Shown here: one piece after another, positions 62,300 through 64,000 of the stretch
Numbering within the stretch: position 1 is the stretch's first letter
Layout: each line of letters starts with the position of its first letter
Notes under the pieces: generated by a model
What the model was told of the DNA's origin: nothing
Database searches by the model: none
The model's input: the letters and a program-made list of their open reading frames with translations, nothing else
Program-made: the position numbers and the translations under genes
Assembly: GCF_006345805.1 (NCBI RefSeq)
Contig: NC_043004.1
Span: 26,474,001-26,538,000 of the forward strand
Length of the DNA: 64,000 nucleotides
Source of the DNA: Octopus sinensis
Lineage: Eukaryota
Direction of reading: 5' to 3'

Positions 62300-63950
62300 T
62301 ATGAAGAGAGGTTGTCAAATCAAAGATTAAAATTGTATCCAAGAATAAATTTAATGACTATTGAAATAACCTTCAGTTTGAAATATGGGTAAGTTGACAT
62401 TTATAGATTTAGGGTATCAGACATAAAAGTTGAAATTAATGTTATCGTTTTTTATTTTTTTTATATTAACTTGGGTTGGATAAAGTTGCAGTTTCATATA
62501 ATACCGCTTGTCTTGATTTTGCGTCTTGATTTCTTATGTAGAATTCAATATGCTAAGATTTGATCCCACCACTTCTCGTTAAGTAGTTCTTTGTCTTCCT
62601 TTGATGTCAATACTTTTATTGACATCATAGAACTTATGCAGCCAAGAATCACTGTCCATTCATATCCCTTATTCACACAATTATAGTTGTTTTTTTACTT
62701 TCAATGCCTAATTGGGGTCAACCGTTTTCTGCTCTGTTGTTCATGCAAGATAATGTGGAAAATCTAGTAGAACGTATTCATTTTACTCATTTCAGAAAAT
62801 TCCAATATCTTCTAACCATGCAGAACCTTTTATTACTATAGCTATTGTTTTGTCACTAAAACCAAGTTTAGTACCAATTAGTGCCTTTGGATAATCGTGA
62901 ACAGTACAAATCCTATTTCTTCTTCAACTATATTATTCACAGAAAGGTAAATGACTAATTTTCTTTCGTAAAACGTGGGAATATTTATAAATTATGCTAC
63001 CGGACAATTGATATTTCTGACTAGTTCATAATATATTTACCAATATATTATGGGGCAGTTGTAGAATTAGGGCCAAGCAACTGAACTTAACCTATCGGTT
63101 TTCATTCACAATTATAAATGTTCTTTCGGAATTACATCAGTAAAGTTGATGTGAAATACCATGCATGTCATACCATCACATTCCCTATATCTCGGTGTTT
63201 GATAACTACGTGTTGGTATTGCTTATAAATGTAATTTGAAATCTAGCATTTCGATTTAATAAACCTTCTTTTACAAGATAATTTAATAATAAAGATTTCT
63301 AAAATGTGTTAATATTACGAAGAAAAACACATTCAAGTTTGAATAAAGACATCAAGCAATAATAAGATAAATAACTACATTGACAAAATTGTAATAATAT
63401 CTATGAAATGAGAGAGAAGAATGCAATACAAACCAAGTATAGACTAATATCTCCATTAATGTAGTTAAATAAATCTAATAGTCTCCCCATTTATCCTATC
63501 GATGTAATAACATTACGTCGAGGGTTTTATAAGTTTGCATTAACAACAAAGATTTCTGCTAATGCATTCAATAATTTTTGCGTAGGATTTCTTATGTTTT
63601 CTACTTATTCTCCACGGTATTCTCGCACTTGAATTTCTTCCACTATTTTTTCCCTTCATTCTATTTTTTTTTATTTTCACTTATTTTCTTGGTTATTTGC
63701 TTTCTACACTATCATCGTTTTCTGTTATTGTTGATGTTGTTGTTCTTGTTTCTTGCTTTAGAGAAATTGTTATTCTTGACGTCTATTTTTACAAAATATC
63801 TGGTTGTAGGAAGAGATTGATGCTGATAGCTAGAACGCTGAAAGAAAACTTATTTGCTCAATTATTGGTGCCAACTTTGATAAATATATAAGAACCACTA
63901 TATTGCATATTTGGCAACATGTTCATGGTTATCAATGTGACACATGGTTC
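62300..63950 (-). mobile_element. Highly decayed Penelope-like reverse transcriptase
   Basis: Scattered minus-strand remnants resembling PLE RT motifs (LDV..L.TSI ~63500-63530, LGP.L ~63065-63080, LPFL ~62940-62955); heavily frameshifted. Confidence 0.4.
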
Positions 63951-64000
63951 TAAGCTGGAATTCTACCAAAAGACAGCTCTTTTATTTTTGGATATTCAAT

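Overview
This is AT-rich, microsatellite-dense animal genomic DNA, not prokaryotic. The tRNA-derived CORE-, V- and Meta-type SINE families and the overall repeat landscape suggest an octopus or other coleoid cephalopod (inference). Only one host gene is well supported: a spliced phosphonoacetaldehyde hydrolase (phosphonatase, PhnX-like, HAD family; 280 aa). Its coding exons are 37547-37889 and 40999-41498, separated by a GT-AG phase-1 intron. The rest is a mosaic of decayed transposons: RTE LINEs, R4/Dong-like RLE LINEs, Penelope-like elements, a gypsy integrase, Tc1/mariner, piggyBac, Merlin, Chapaev3, Helitrons, MITEs and SINEs. Most ORFs in the supplied track are microsatellite or SINE artefacts. 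Signals that need reading by eye include: about 10 type-I hammerhead-ribozyme-like motifs in (TA)n-associated Penelope-type termini, two of which retain all core motifs; a ~1.8 kb inversion that splits both a mariner and its host MITE; three Helitrons stacked head-to-tail; a nested Chapaev3 element; and LINEs inserted specifically in (TAA)n and (TATG)n tracts. All calls were made by eye with no database searches, and repeat boundaries are approximate unless a TSD or TIR is quoted.
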